From IMG/VR virus record IMGVR_UViG_3300016722_000010, positions 1 through 26,509 of that record: DNA of 26,509 nucleotides; one strand, given 5' to 3'. The position numbers and the translations under genes are program-made. The notes below the pieces were generated by a model. It searched no databases. It was not told the DNA's origin and saw nothing but the letters and a program-made list of their open reading frames with translations. Positions 1-7,748 of the stretch are shown here, piece after piece (positions within the stretch are counted from its first letter, which is position 1; every line of letters starts with the position of its first letter). Source of the DNA: a virus. Taxonomy: Duplodnaviria; Caudoviricetes.

Positions 1-2
1 CA

Positions 3-371
3 ACCACCGACACTGCGGCAGAAATTGCTACCCTGACCGGACAGCCTTGTAGTGACGCCTGTTTGAACGATGGGTTCAGGCGCCTGGGCGTAAACGCCGA
101 TTCTACCGAAAAGCGCCGTGACTGGGTGCCAGGGTATACGGTTGAACCGCTACCGAAAATGCCAGATGAAACACTGGCCGTATCCGCTACGGAATGCGTA
201 CCCAAGCCTGTGGCAGAATTCGACCTGCGCCCTGATCCGAAAGCCCATTACTGTATCCTGCTGGATCAAATGCGACTGGTACAGGAGCTTTCCCGCACTT
301 GCATCATTGCCACTGATATGGTAGCGCTGAGCGATGTGCTGATCCGGTTAGCCGAAGAAATCACCGACTAA
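3..371 (+). CDS. Hypothetical phage protein, probably 5'-truncated by the window edge
   Basis: The frame of ORF 63..371 is open back to position 3; it stops at TAA 369-371, just before the abrB RBS. Confidence 0.6.
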   Translation, partial: TTDTAAEIATLTGQPCSDACLNDGFRRLGVNADSTEKRRDWVPGYTVEPLPKMPDETLAVSATECVPKPVAEFDLRPDPKAHYCILLDQMRLVQELSRTCIIATDMVALSDVLIRLAEEITD

Positions 372-392
372 TGAAACAGTGGAGGTAATCCT

Positions 393-683
393 ATGAAAAG
401 CACTGGTATAGTTCGAAAACTGGACAACCTCGGGCGCATTGTAATCCCCATCGAATTGCGCAAGACCATGGGCATTGAGATCAAGGATTCGCTCGAAATC
501 TTCACGGAAGGCAATCAGATCATACTCAAAAAATACGCGCCTGGGTGCGTGTTTTGCGGGGATGCTCGCGAGCTTGTTATGTTTGCAAGCAAACTCATCT
601 GCCAGAGCTGTGTAAGAAAAATTGCATGTGACCCGAAACAGCCCGCTGTGAACAGATCATTGCCGTACGAGGTAGCCAAATGA
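393..683 (+). CDS. abrB: AbrB/MazE/SpoVT-family transcriptional regulator with C-terminal Cys4 zinc ribbon
   Basis: MKSTGIVRKLDNLGRIVIPIELRKT is the AbrB N-terminal signature; CVFC...CQSC follows; GGAGG RBS upstream. Confidence 0.92.
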   Translation: MKSTGIVRKLDNLGRIVIPIELRKTMGIEIKDSLEIFTEGNQIILKKYAPGCVFCGDARELVMFASKLICQSCVRKIACDPKQPAVNRSLPYEVAK

Positions 684-1345
684 TCAACATCGATGTAAAA
701 ACCTACAATAACATGGTACGAGCGCTCAAGCACTGTGTTGCTTTGCATGAGAGCCGTGTTGCACTCACGTACATTGAACTCAAATGCTCCAACGGGCAGT
801 TCATCGCTACCGCTTTGGACGGCTTCAAAATGGGGCAGGTGCGCGGGGATTGCAGCGACGGTGAGCTCTATTGTCTGCTCCCTCCGATGCTCATGCGCGG
901 GAAGGGCGACTTCGTCGGCATCGACAAACGCGAGGGCACCGTATCGCTCACCTTGGATGATACAACCATCACCAAACGTGTGCCGGATGTACCGTTCATT
1001 AACTGGCGACAGATTGTTGATAACAACCGACAAGACATCACATCTCGGATTGCGTTGTCGCCCAAGCTGCTGCGTCAGTTGGCGGATACCTATGATGGAG
1101 AATCTTCCATCATTCTTGAAATCGGCGATGATCTCAACCCTGTACTGGTTCACGGGGGAAACCGTTGCGGGATGATCCTGCCGGTTCGCATCAGCAGTAT
1201 TGATGCTCCGCTAAAAGACAAACTTCCCTCGTCGTATATGCGATTTGGCGAGGCGAGGGAGGTAAAACAAAAAGCCGCAAATCGTACATTGGAATACGAA
1301 ATCGGGCCCGCGCTGGAACGCGAACCCGACGACCCGAACCCGTGA
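680..1345 (+). CDS. Shortened DNA polymerase III beta (sliding clamp)-like protein
   Basis: ESRVALTYI, ATALDGFKM (cf. ATDGHRL), PFINWRQIV (cf. FPDYRRVL), IALSPKLL (cf. IGFNxxYL) and MILPVR (cf. VMPMR) occur in DnaN order; ATGA overlap with abrB. Confidence 0.7.
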   Translation: MINIDVKTYNNMVRALKHCVALHESRVALTYIELKCSNGQFIATALDGFKMGQVRGDCSDGELYCLLPPMLMRGKGDFVGIDKREGTVSLTLDDTTITKRVPDVPFINWRQIVDNNRQDITSRIALSPKLLRQLADTYDGESSIILEIGDDLNPVLVHGGNRCGMILPVRISSIDAPLKDKLPSSYMRFGEAREVKQKAANRTLEYEIGPALEREPDDPNP

Positions 1346-1368
1346 CGCAAACCACAGAATTCACTTAC

Positions 1369-1397
1369 ATTGTACCACTACGAGAGGAGCAAAACAA
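1369..1397 (-). promoter_or_regulatory. Putative antisense sigmaA promoter (TTGTTT-17-TACAAT, with extended -10 TG)
   Basis: The minus strand reads TTGTTT (1397-1392), a 17-nt spacer ending in TGG, then TACAAT (1374-1369), in an intergenic gap. Confidence 0.4.
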
Positions 1398-2662
1398 TGA
1401 AAATCAACCGGTTGGAAATTGAGAACGTCAAGCGCGTCAAAGCGGTCACCATTGAACCCGCCGCCAACGGCCTGACGGTGATCGGAGGAAAAAGCGGACA
1501 GGGCAAAACTTCCGTGCTGGATTCCGTTGCGTGGGCGCTTGGCGGAGATCGCTTTCGCCCCAGCGAAGCGCAGCGTGAGGGTAGCACGCTACCGCCCAAC
1601 ATTCACATCGTCATGAGCAACGGGCTTGTGGTGGAACGCAAGGGTAAAAACAGCGATCTTAAGGTGATTGACCCTTCCGGAAAGCGTAACGGACAAACGC
1701 TGCTTGATGGCTTTGTAGAGCAGCTCGCGCTTGACCTTCCGCGCTTCATGCAGGCGACCAGCCGCGAAAAGGCCGAAACACTTCTCAAGATTATCGGCGT
1801 TGGTGATCGGCTCAAAGAACTGGAACGGCAGGAATCCGACATCTACAACCGCCGCACGGCCATCGGGCAGATCGCCGATCAAAAGGAGAAGTACGCCAAG
1901 GAGCAGGTGTACTACCCTGACGTGCCCCGCGAGCCGGTGAGCGCGGGCGACCTGATTAAGCAGCAGCAGGACATTCTCGCCCGAAATGGCGAGAACCAGC
2001 GTAAGCGGCAGAACCTTGCTTATCTGGAAGGGGAGGCCGCGCGGCTTGCCCAGCAGATGAATGAGCTTCAGGCCAAGATCATGGCCAACGCCGCAGATCT
2101 GGAAACCGCTCGAAAGTCCGCGCTTGACCTCCACGACGAAAGCACCGCCGAGCTGGAAACGAATATCAACCAGATCGACGATCTTAACCGCAAGGTTCGC
2201 GCGAATCTGGACAAGTTCAAGGCCGAGGAGGACGCGCAGGGATACCGCGACCAGTATACCAAACTCACCGGTGAGCTGGACGGCGTGCGCAAGGCTAAAA
2301 CCGATCTGCTGGCGGGCGCTCCGCTTCCGCTGCCTGACCTGTCGGTACAGGATGGCGAATTGCTCTACCGCGGTCACAAATGGGACGGTATCAGCGGCAG
2401 TGACCAGCTACGTGTAGCGACCGCCATCGTGCGCAAACTTAACCCGCAGTGCGAGTTTGTGTTGCTCGATAAGCTTGAGCAGATGGACCTTGACACTCTG
2501 CGCGAGTTCGGCGTTTGGCTGGAAACCGAGGGCTTGCAGGCCATTGCAACCCGCGTGAGCACCGGCGGGGAGTGCTCTATCATCATTAGCGACGGGTACG
2601 TTGAGGGCGCGCCCGTTGCGGAAATCCCCGCCACGCCCACCTATCAGGAAGGAGTGTTTTAG
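1397..2662 (+). CDS. SMC/RecN-like coiled-coil AAA ATPase (phage recombination module)
   Basis: MKINRLEIENVKRVK start, Walker A GKSGQGKT, long coiled coil, signature-like ISGSDQL, Walker B VLLDKLEQMD; GAGGAG RBS before ATG 1397. Confidence 0.88.
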   Translation: MKINRLEIENVKRVKAVTIEPAANGLTVIGGKSGQGKTSVLDSVAWALGGDRFRPSEAQREGSTLPPNIHIVMSNGLVVERKGKNSDLKVIDPSGKRNGQTLLDGFVEQLALDLPRFMQATSREKAETLLKIIGVGDRLKELERQESDIYNRRTAIGQIADQKEKYAKEQVYYPDVPREPVSAGDLIKQQQDILARNGENQRKRQNLAYLEGEAARLAQQMNELQAKIMANAADLETARKSALDLHDESTAELETNINQIDDLNRKVRANLDKFKAEEDAQGYRDQYTKLTGELDGVRKAKTDLLAGAPLPLPDLSVQDGELLYRGHKWDGISGSDQLRVATAIVRKLNPQCEFVLLDKLEQMDLDTLREFGVWLETEGLQAIATRVSTGGECSIIISDGYVEGAPVAEIPATPTYQEGVF

Positions 2663-2665
2663 CCC

Positions 2666-3760
2666 ATGCAGATCATCCGTGGAAGGATCATTAAGCCCCT
2701 CAAGACCGTGATCTACGGCCCCGAGGGCATCGGTAAGACCACGTTCGCCACGCACTTCCCCGATCCGCTCTACTGCGACACGGAGGGCGGCAGCCACAAC
2801 ATTGACGTGGCGCGTACCCCCGTGCCCACAAGCTGGACCATGCTGCTGGACATCGTGCAGGAAATCATCAAAGACCCGAGCCTGTGCAAAACGTTCGTGC
2901 TGGACACCGCCGACTGGGCGGAACGCCTGTGTGTCAAGCACGTGTGCGACAAGTACAACCAGAGCGGCGTTGAAACCTTCGGCTACGGCAGGGGCTACGT
3001 ATACGTGTACGAGGAATTCGGCCGGCTGCTTGACCTGCTCAGCACCCTGATCGAGCGTGGTGTGCATGTGGTGGTGACCGCACATGCTCAACTGCGCAAA
3101 TTCGAGCAACCCGACGAAATGGGCAGCTATGACCGCTACGAGTTGAAGCTCAGCAAAAAGACCGGCGCGCAGGTTGCCGACATGCTCAAGGAATGGGCTG
3201 ATCTGCTACTGTTTGCGAATTACAAAACACTGGTGGTGAACGTGGACGGGCAGGGCGCAGCCAAGGGCAAAAACAAGGCGCAGGGCGGCCAGCGTGTGAT
3301 GTACGCTACTCACACCCCCAGTTGGGACGCGAAAAACCGGCACGGGCTGCCGGATGAAATGCCATTCGACTTTAAGCCGATCTCACATCTGTTCGCGGGC
3401 ACGGCTTACACACCGCCTGCTCCGGCTCCCGCCCCTGCACCAGCGCCTACGCCTATGCCAACACCTGCCCCCACGGAAGAACCCGAGGTGTTGGAAGGGG
3501 ACGAGGCATTGGCCGCCATGAGTGCCGCATCCGATCCGCCCAGGGTATCTGATGCGATCCCGAAAGCGCTTCGTGACCTGATGGAATCCAACAGAGTGAC
3601 CGAGCAGGAAATCATGTACGCGGTATCCGGGAAGGGCTATTACCCGGGCGACACGCCGATTGCCAACTATGACCCCGCGTTTATCAACGGCGTGCTGATC
3701 GCGGCTTGGGCGCAGGTATTCGCAATGGTCAAAACCAACCGCACCGCTACCCCGTTTTAA
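2666..3760 (+). CDS. Sak4-like (AAA_24) ATP-binding single-strand annealing protein
   Basis: IYGPEGIGKTT Walker A, DTEGGS, FVLDTADWAE, TAHA, WDAKNR; Pro-rich linker to a C-terminal domain; followed by an SSB-like gene. Confidence 0.85.
   Translation: MQIIRGRIIKPLKTVIYGPEGIGKTTFATHFPDPLYCDTEGGSHNIDVARTPVPTSWTMLLDIVQEIIKDPSLCKTFVLDTADWAERLCVKHVCDKYNQSGVETFGYGRGYVYVYEEFGRLLDLLSTLIERGVHVVVTAHAQLRKFEQPDEMGSYDRYELKLSKKTGAQVADMLKEWADLLLFANYKTLVVNVDGQGAAKGKNKAQGGQRVMYATHTPSWDAKNRHGLPDEMPFDFKPISHLFAGTAYTPPAPAPAPAPAPTPMPTPAPTEEPEVLEGDEALAAMSAASDPPRVSDAIPKALRDLMESNRVTEQEIMYAVSGKGYYPGDTPIANYDPAFINGVLIAAWAQVFAMVKTNRTATPF
3413..3472 (+). repeat. Low-complexity (PA/PT)n coding repeat: interdomain linker
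   Basis: Encodes PPAPAPAPAPAPTPMPTPAP. Confidence 0.8.
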
Positions 3761-3801
3761 CCAAAGTCAACGATTATACACAGAAGGGATGATTTTGTAC
3801 C

Positions 3802-4254
3802 ATGGCTGAAAACGAACGTGAGCTTGGATGGGACGATGTTATCGAAAAAGAATCCTCATTTACCCTGTTGCCTGCCGGTGAGTACGACTTTACAGTAAAG
3901 AACTTCGAGCGCGGACGCTACGAGCCCGGCCCCAAAGCCAAGCTGCCTCCGTGCAATATGGCGACCGTTACGCTAGAAGTAACCGATGGCGAGTTGACCG
4001 CGACGATGGAACATCGCCTCTTCCTTCACAGCCGCTGCGAGGGAATGCTGTGCGAGTTCTTCCTCGCCATCGGTCAACGGAAGCATGGCGAGCCGTTGAA
4101 AATGAACTGGCCAAGCGTGCCAGGAAGCCGTGGGCGTTGCAAGATCGGCATCCGAAAATGGAACAATACCCAGACTGGCGAGGAAATGCAGAGCAACGAA
4201 GTCAAGAAATTCCTTGAACCCGTCGATACCAGTTTTATCCCCGGCAAATTCTAG
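3802..4254 (+). CDS. DUF669-like phage single-stranded DNA-binding protein
   Basis: FTLLPAGEYDFTV, LCEFFLAIG, GRCKI...NEVKKF; sits directly after the Sak4-like gene. Confidence 0.8.
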   Translation: MAENERELGWDDVIEKESSFTLLPAGEYDFTVKNFERGRYEPGPKAKLPPCNMATVTLEVTDGELTATMEHRLFLHSRCEGMLCEFFLAIGQRKHGEPLKMNWPSVPGSRGRCKIGIRKWNNTQTGEEMQSNEVKKFLEPVDTSFIPGKF

Positions 4255-4266
4255 CCATCAGCTTTT

Positions 4267-4294
4267 CACCGGCAGGCGTGACTGCCTGCCGGTG
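4267..4294 (+). terminator. Perfect 11-bp GC-rich hairpin between the SSB-like and helicase genes (weak terminator or processing/stabilising stem)
   Basis: CACCGGCAGGC-GTGACT-GCCTGCCGGTG; only a weak U-tract (CTCTT) follows. Confidence 0.55.
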
Positions 4295-4317
4295 CTCTTG
4301 CGGAAAGGAACCGAATC

Positions 4318-5994
4318 ATGACGCAAATTAATTTTCTACATTCTGCCCCCATACCACCCGCGCCGCGCGAACTGATGTCGCTTCGCCCATATCAGGAAGA
4401 AGCAAAATCGGCCGTGCTTACGCAATGGGCCGAAGGCATCAAGCGCACACTGCTGGTGCTGGTGACGGGCGGCGGCAAGACGATCATTTTCAGCAAGGTG
4501 ATTGAGGAGCAGGTGCGCAAAGGCGAGCGCGTGCTGGTGCTGGCACACCGGGGCGAGTTGCTTGACCAGGCGGCGGATAAACTGGCCGCTTCTACGGGGC
4601 TCAAATGCGCGACCGAAAAAGCCGAACGCAGTTGTCTGGATGACGATGACCAGCGGTGGTACCGCGTTGTGGTTGGCAGTGTGCAATCCATGATGCGCCC
4701 GCAACGGCTGGAACGTTTCCCGGCTGACTACTTCGGCACCATCGTCGTGGACGAGGCGCACCATGTGCTGGCGGACGGGTACCAGCGCATACTGGATCAC
4801 TTTGGGGATGCTAAGGTGTTGGGTGTGACCGCCACGCCTGACCGTGGCGACATGCGCAACCTGGGCGCGTTTTTTGAAAAACTGGCCTACGAGTACACCC
4901 TGCCACGCGCAATCAGAGAGGGCTTCCTGTGCCGCATTGAGGCCATGACCATTCCGCTCAAACTGGACATCAGCGGGGTCAAGATCAGCGGCGGGGATTA
5001 TGCGCTGGGAAGCCTTGGAACAGCGCTTGATCCGTATCTTGAGCAGATTGCCGATGAAATGGCGAAGGTTTGCATGAACCGAAAGACGGTTGTATTCCTT
5101 CCGTTGATTGCCACCAGCCAGAAAATGCGGGGGTTGTTGGAAAAACGGGGATTCCGCGCGGCAGAAGTCAACGGAAACAGCGCTGACCGCGAGCAGGTGC
5201 TCACCGCGTTTGACCGAGGCGATACCAATGTGCTGTGCAATAGTATGCTGCTGACCGAGGGCTGGGACTGCCCGAGCGTGGATTGTATTGTGGTGTTGCG
5301 GCCGACCAAGATACGGAGCCTGTACTGTCAGATGGTGGGGCGAGGAACCCGGCTTCATCCGGGCAAGGAAAACCTACTGTTGTTGGATTTTCTGTGGAAC
5401 ACAGAACGGCATGAGTTGTGCCACCCAGCTGCGCTAATTGCGGAGAACGAAGAAGTATCCAATCAGATGACGCTCAACGCCGAAGCCGCGCCCGGTATGG
5501 CAACGGACATTGAGGAAGCGATGGAAAAGGCTACCTCCGATGTGGTTGCCCAGCGCGAGGAAGCGCTTGCCAAGGCGTTGGCCGAAATGAAGCACCGTAA
5601 GCGCGCGCTGGTGGATCCGTTGCAGTTTGAAATGAGCATACAGGCCGAGGATTTAAGCGGATACGTGCCCGCGTTCGGCTGGGAAATGGCGCCCGCCAGC
5701 GACGCGCAGAAAGCCACGCTCGAGAAGCTGGGCATACTGCCCGACGAGATCGACAACGCCGGAAAAGCCGCCAAGCTGCTGGACAGACTAGCGGCGCGCC
5801 GTAGCGAAGGACTGACCACCCCGAAACAGATACGGTTTTTGGAAGGTAAAGGCTTTCAGCACGTAGGCACGTGGGAGTTCAGCGCGGCTAAAAGCCTGAT
5901 TGACCGGATTGCGGGGAACGGTTGGAGGGTGCCGCAGGGAGTTATTCCGAGTAGTTACACGCCGCCGCAGACCGTTGGGGGTGAGATTGCTTGA
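4318..5994 (+). CDS. Superfamily 2 DEAD/DEAH-box helicase
   Basis: LRPYQ, TGGGKT, VDEAHH, TATP, LTEGWDCP, QMVGRGTR motifs. Confidence 0.95.
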   Translation: MTQINFLHSAPIPPAPRELMSLRPYQEEAKSAVLTQWAEGIKRTLLVLVTGGGKTIIFSKVIEEQVRKGERVLVLAHRGELLDQAADKLAASTGLKCATEKAERSCLDDDDQRWYRVVVGSVQSMMRPQRLERFPADYFGTIVVDEAHHVLADGYQRILDHFGDAKVLGVTATPDRGDMRNLGAFFEKLAYEYTLPRAIREGFLCRIEAMTIPLKLDISGVKISGGDYALGSLGTALDPYLEQIADEMAKVCMNRKTVVFLPLIATSQKMRGLLEKRGFRAAEVNGNSADREQVLTAFDRGDTNVLCNSMLLTEGWDCPSVDCIVVLRPTKIRSLYCQMVGRGTRLHPGKENLLLLDFLWNTERHELCHPAALIAENEEVSNQMTLNAEAAPGMATDIEEAMEKATSDVVAQREEALAKALAEMKHRKRALVDPLQFEMSIQAEDLSGYVPAFGWEMAPASDAQKATLEKLGILPDEIDNAGKAAKLLDRLAARRSEGLTTPKQIRFLEGKGFQHVGTWEFSAAKSLIDRIAGNGWRVPQGVIPSSYTPPQTVGGEIA

Positions 5995-7748
5995 CGCATG
6001 AGCTTGTCGTTGACAACTTCGCGGGCGGCGGTGGGGCTTCCACGGGAATCCGAATGGCACTGGGGCGCGACGTGGATATAGCCGTCAACCACGATGAGAG
6101 CGCCATCGCCATGCACAAGGTTAACCACCCCACCGCGCGTCACTATCAGGAGGATGTGTGGGCGGTTGATCCTGCTATGGCCTGTGCCGGCCGACCTGTC
6201 GGGCTGGCGTGGTTCTCGCCCGATTGCAAGCATTTTAGCAAAGCCAAAGGCGGAAAGCCTTGCGACAAGAACATTCGCGGGCTTGCATGGGTGGCTGTGA
6301 AATGGGCAAAGGCAGTACGCCCGCGTGTGATCATGATGGAAAACGTGCAAGAGATTCAGACGTGGGGGCCGCTTTTGCCGAATGGGAAACCAAACCCGGA
6401 GAAATCCGGACAGACCTACAGGCGTTTCATCCGGGCGCTGGAACGGCTGGGCTACAAGGTGGAAACCAATATCCTTGTGGCGGCTGATTACGGCGCGCCC
6501 ACCACCCGCGAACGGTGGTTCCTGATTGCCAAGTGCGACGGGAAGCCTATCGTTTGGCCAGAGCCGACGCACATGCCGCGGGGAAAGTTTGAGACGCTCT
6601 ACGGGTGGGCGGCGCAGGGTATAAAGCCTTGGGTGCCGGTGGCGGATGTGATTGATTGGTCGTTACCGTGCCCGTCGATATTCGACACCAAGGACGAAAT
6701 CAAATCCCAGTATGGTTTCAACGCAGTGCGACCGTTGAGCGAGAACACGCTGGCGCGGATTGCGCGCGGAATCAAACGGTATGTGATTGACAACCCTGAG
6801 CCGTTCATCGTTGATATGAAATTCCAGAATGAACCGCAAAGCATTACACGTCCGCTCTCTACAGTTACCGCGGTTAATTCAAAGTTGATCGTTACCCCCA
6901 TGATGGTATCCATCGGGCAAACAGGCGGCGGGGATAACCGTTCACGTGGCGTGGATGACCCGCTGCGCACCGTTGTCAGCAAAAACGAAAGTTGCCTGTG
7001 CACGCCGGTGCTGATGCGCAACAACGAAAACGCCGTGGGAACCAGCCCGCTCGACCCGCTGCAAACGGTGATTGCCAGCAATCATTTCATGGTGGTTGCT
7101 CCATCGCTGATCCAATATCACCAAGAGCGAGCCGGAGAGGCTGCACGGGGGCAAGCGGTTGACAGGCCGGTAATGACGCTGGATGCAAGCAACCGTTACG
7201 CGATGGTATCTGCATTCCTGCATAAATACTACGATGGCGGGTACACCGGCCCCGGTAGCGACATGCGCGATCCTGCCCCAACCGTAACCACCATCGACCA
7301 CAATAGCCTCGCCTGCGCCTATCTGACTCAGTTCAACAACCACTGCATCGGTCAGAATTTGACCGATCCTATCAACACCATCACAGCCGGTCAGGGGCAT
7401 TTCGGCGAGGTACGTGCCTTTCTGCTGAAATACTATGGCAACGAAGGATACAGCGGGTGTAACGAGCCGTTGCCGACCATCACCACCAAAGATCGATTCG
7501 GGCTGGTCACGGTCGCTGGCGTGGATTACGCCATCGTGGACATAGGGCTGCGGATGCTGACGCCCCGTGAACTGTTCGACGCTCAGGGCTTCCCGCATGA
7601 CTACGAAATCGAACAGGGCGCAGATGGACGCGTGCTGAGCAAGGCTGAGCAGGTTGCACGCTGCGGGAACGCCGTACCGCCGCAGTTGGCAGAGGCGCTG
7701 GTACGGGCAAACCTGCCGGAGATGTGCGAAGAAAGGAAAATTGCATGA
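5991..7748 (+). CDS. C5 cytosine DNA methyltransferase with a long, repetitive variable region
   Basis: Motif I FAGGGG, IV SPDC, VI MENV, VIII PTTRERWF, IX RMLTPRELFDAQGFP, X CGNAV; TTG start overlaps the helicase stop. Confidence 0.95.
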   Translation: MTHELVVDNFAGGGGASTGIRMALGRDVDIAVNHDESAIAMHKVNHPTARHYQEDVWAVDPAMACAGRPVGLAWFSPDCKHFSKAKGGKPCDKNIRGLAWVAVKWAKAVRPRVIMMENVQEIQTWGPLLPNGKPNPEKSGQTYRRFIRALERLGYKVETNILVAADYGAPTTRERWFLIAKCDGKPIVWPEPTHMPRGKFETLYGWAAQGIKPWVPVADVIDWSLPCPSIFDTKDEIKSQYGFNAVRPLSENTLARIARGIKRYVIDNPEPFIVDMKFQNEPQSITRPLSTVTAVNSKLIVTPMMVSIGQTGGGDNRSRGVDDPLRTVVSKNESCLCTPVLMRNNENAVGTSPLDPLQTVIASNHFMVVAPSLIQYHQERAGEAARGQAVDRPVMTLDASNRYAMVSAFLHKYYDGGYTGPGSDMRDPAPTVTTIDHNSLACAYLTQFNNHCIGQNLTDPINTITAGQGHFGEVRAFLLKYYGNEGYSGCNEPLPTITTKDRFGLVTVAGVDYAIVDIGLRMLTPRELFDAQGFPHDYEIEQGADGRVLSKAEQVARCGNAVPPQLAEALVRANLPEMCEERKIA

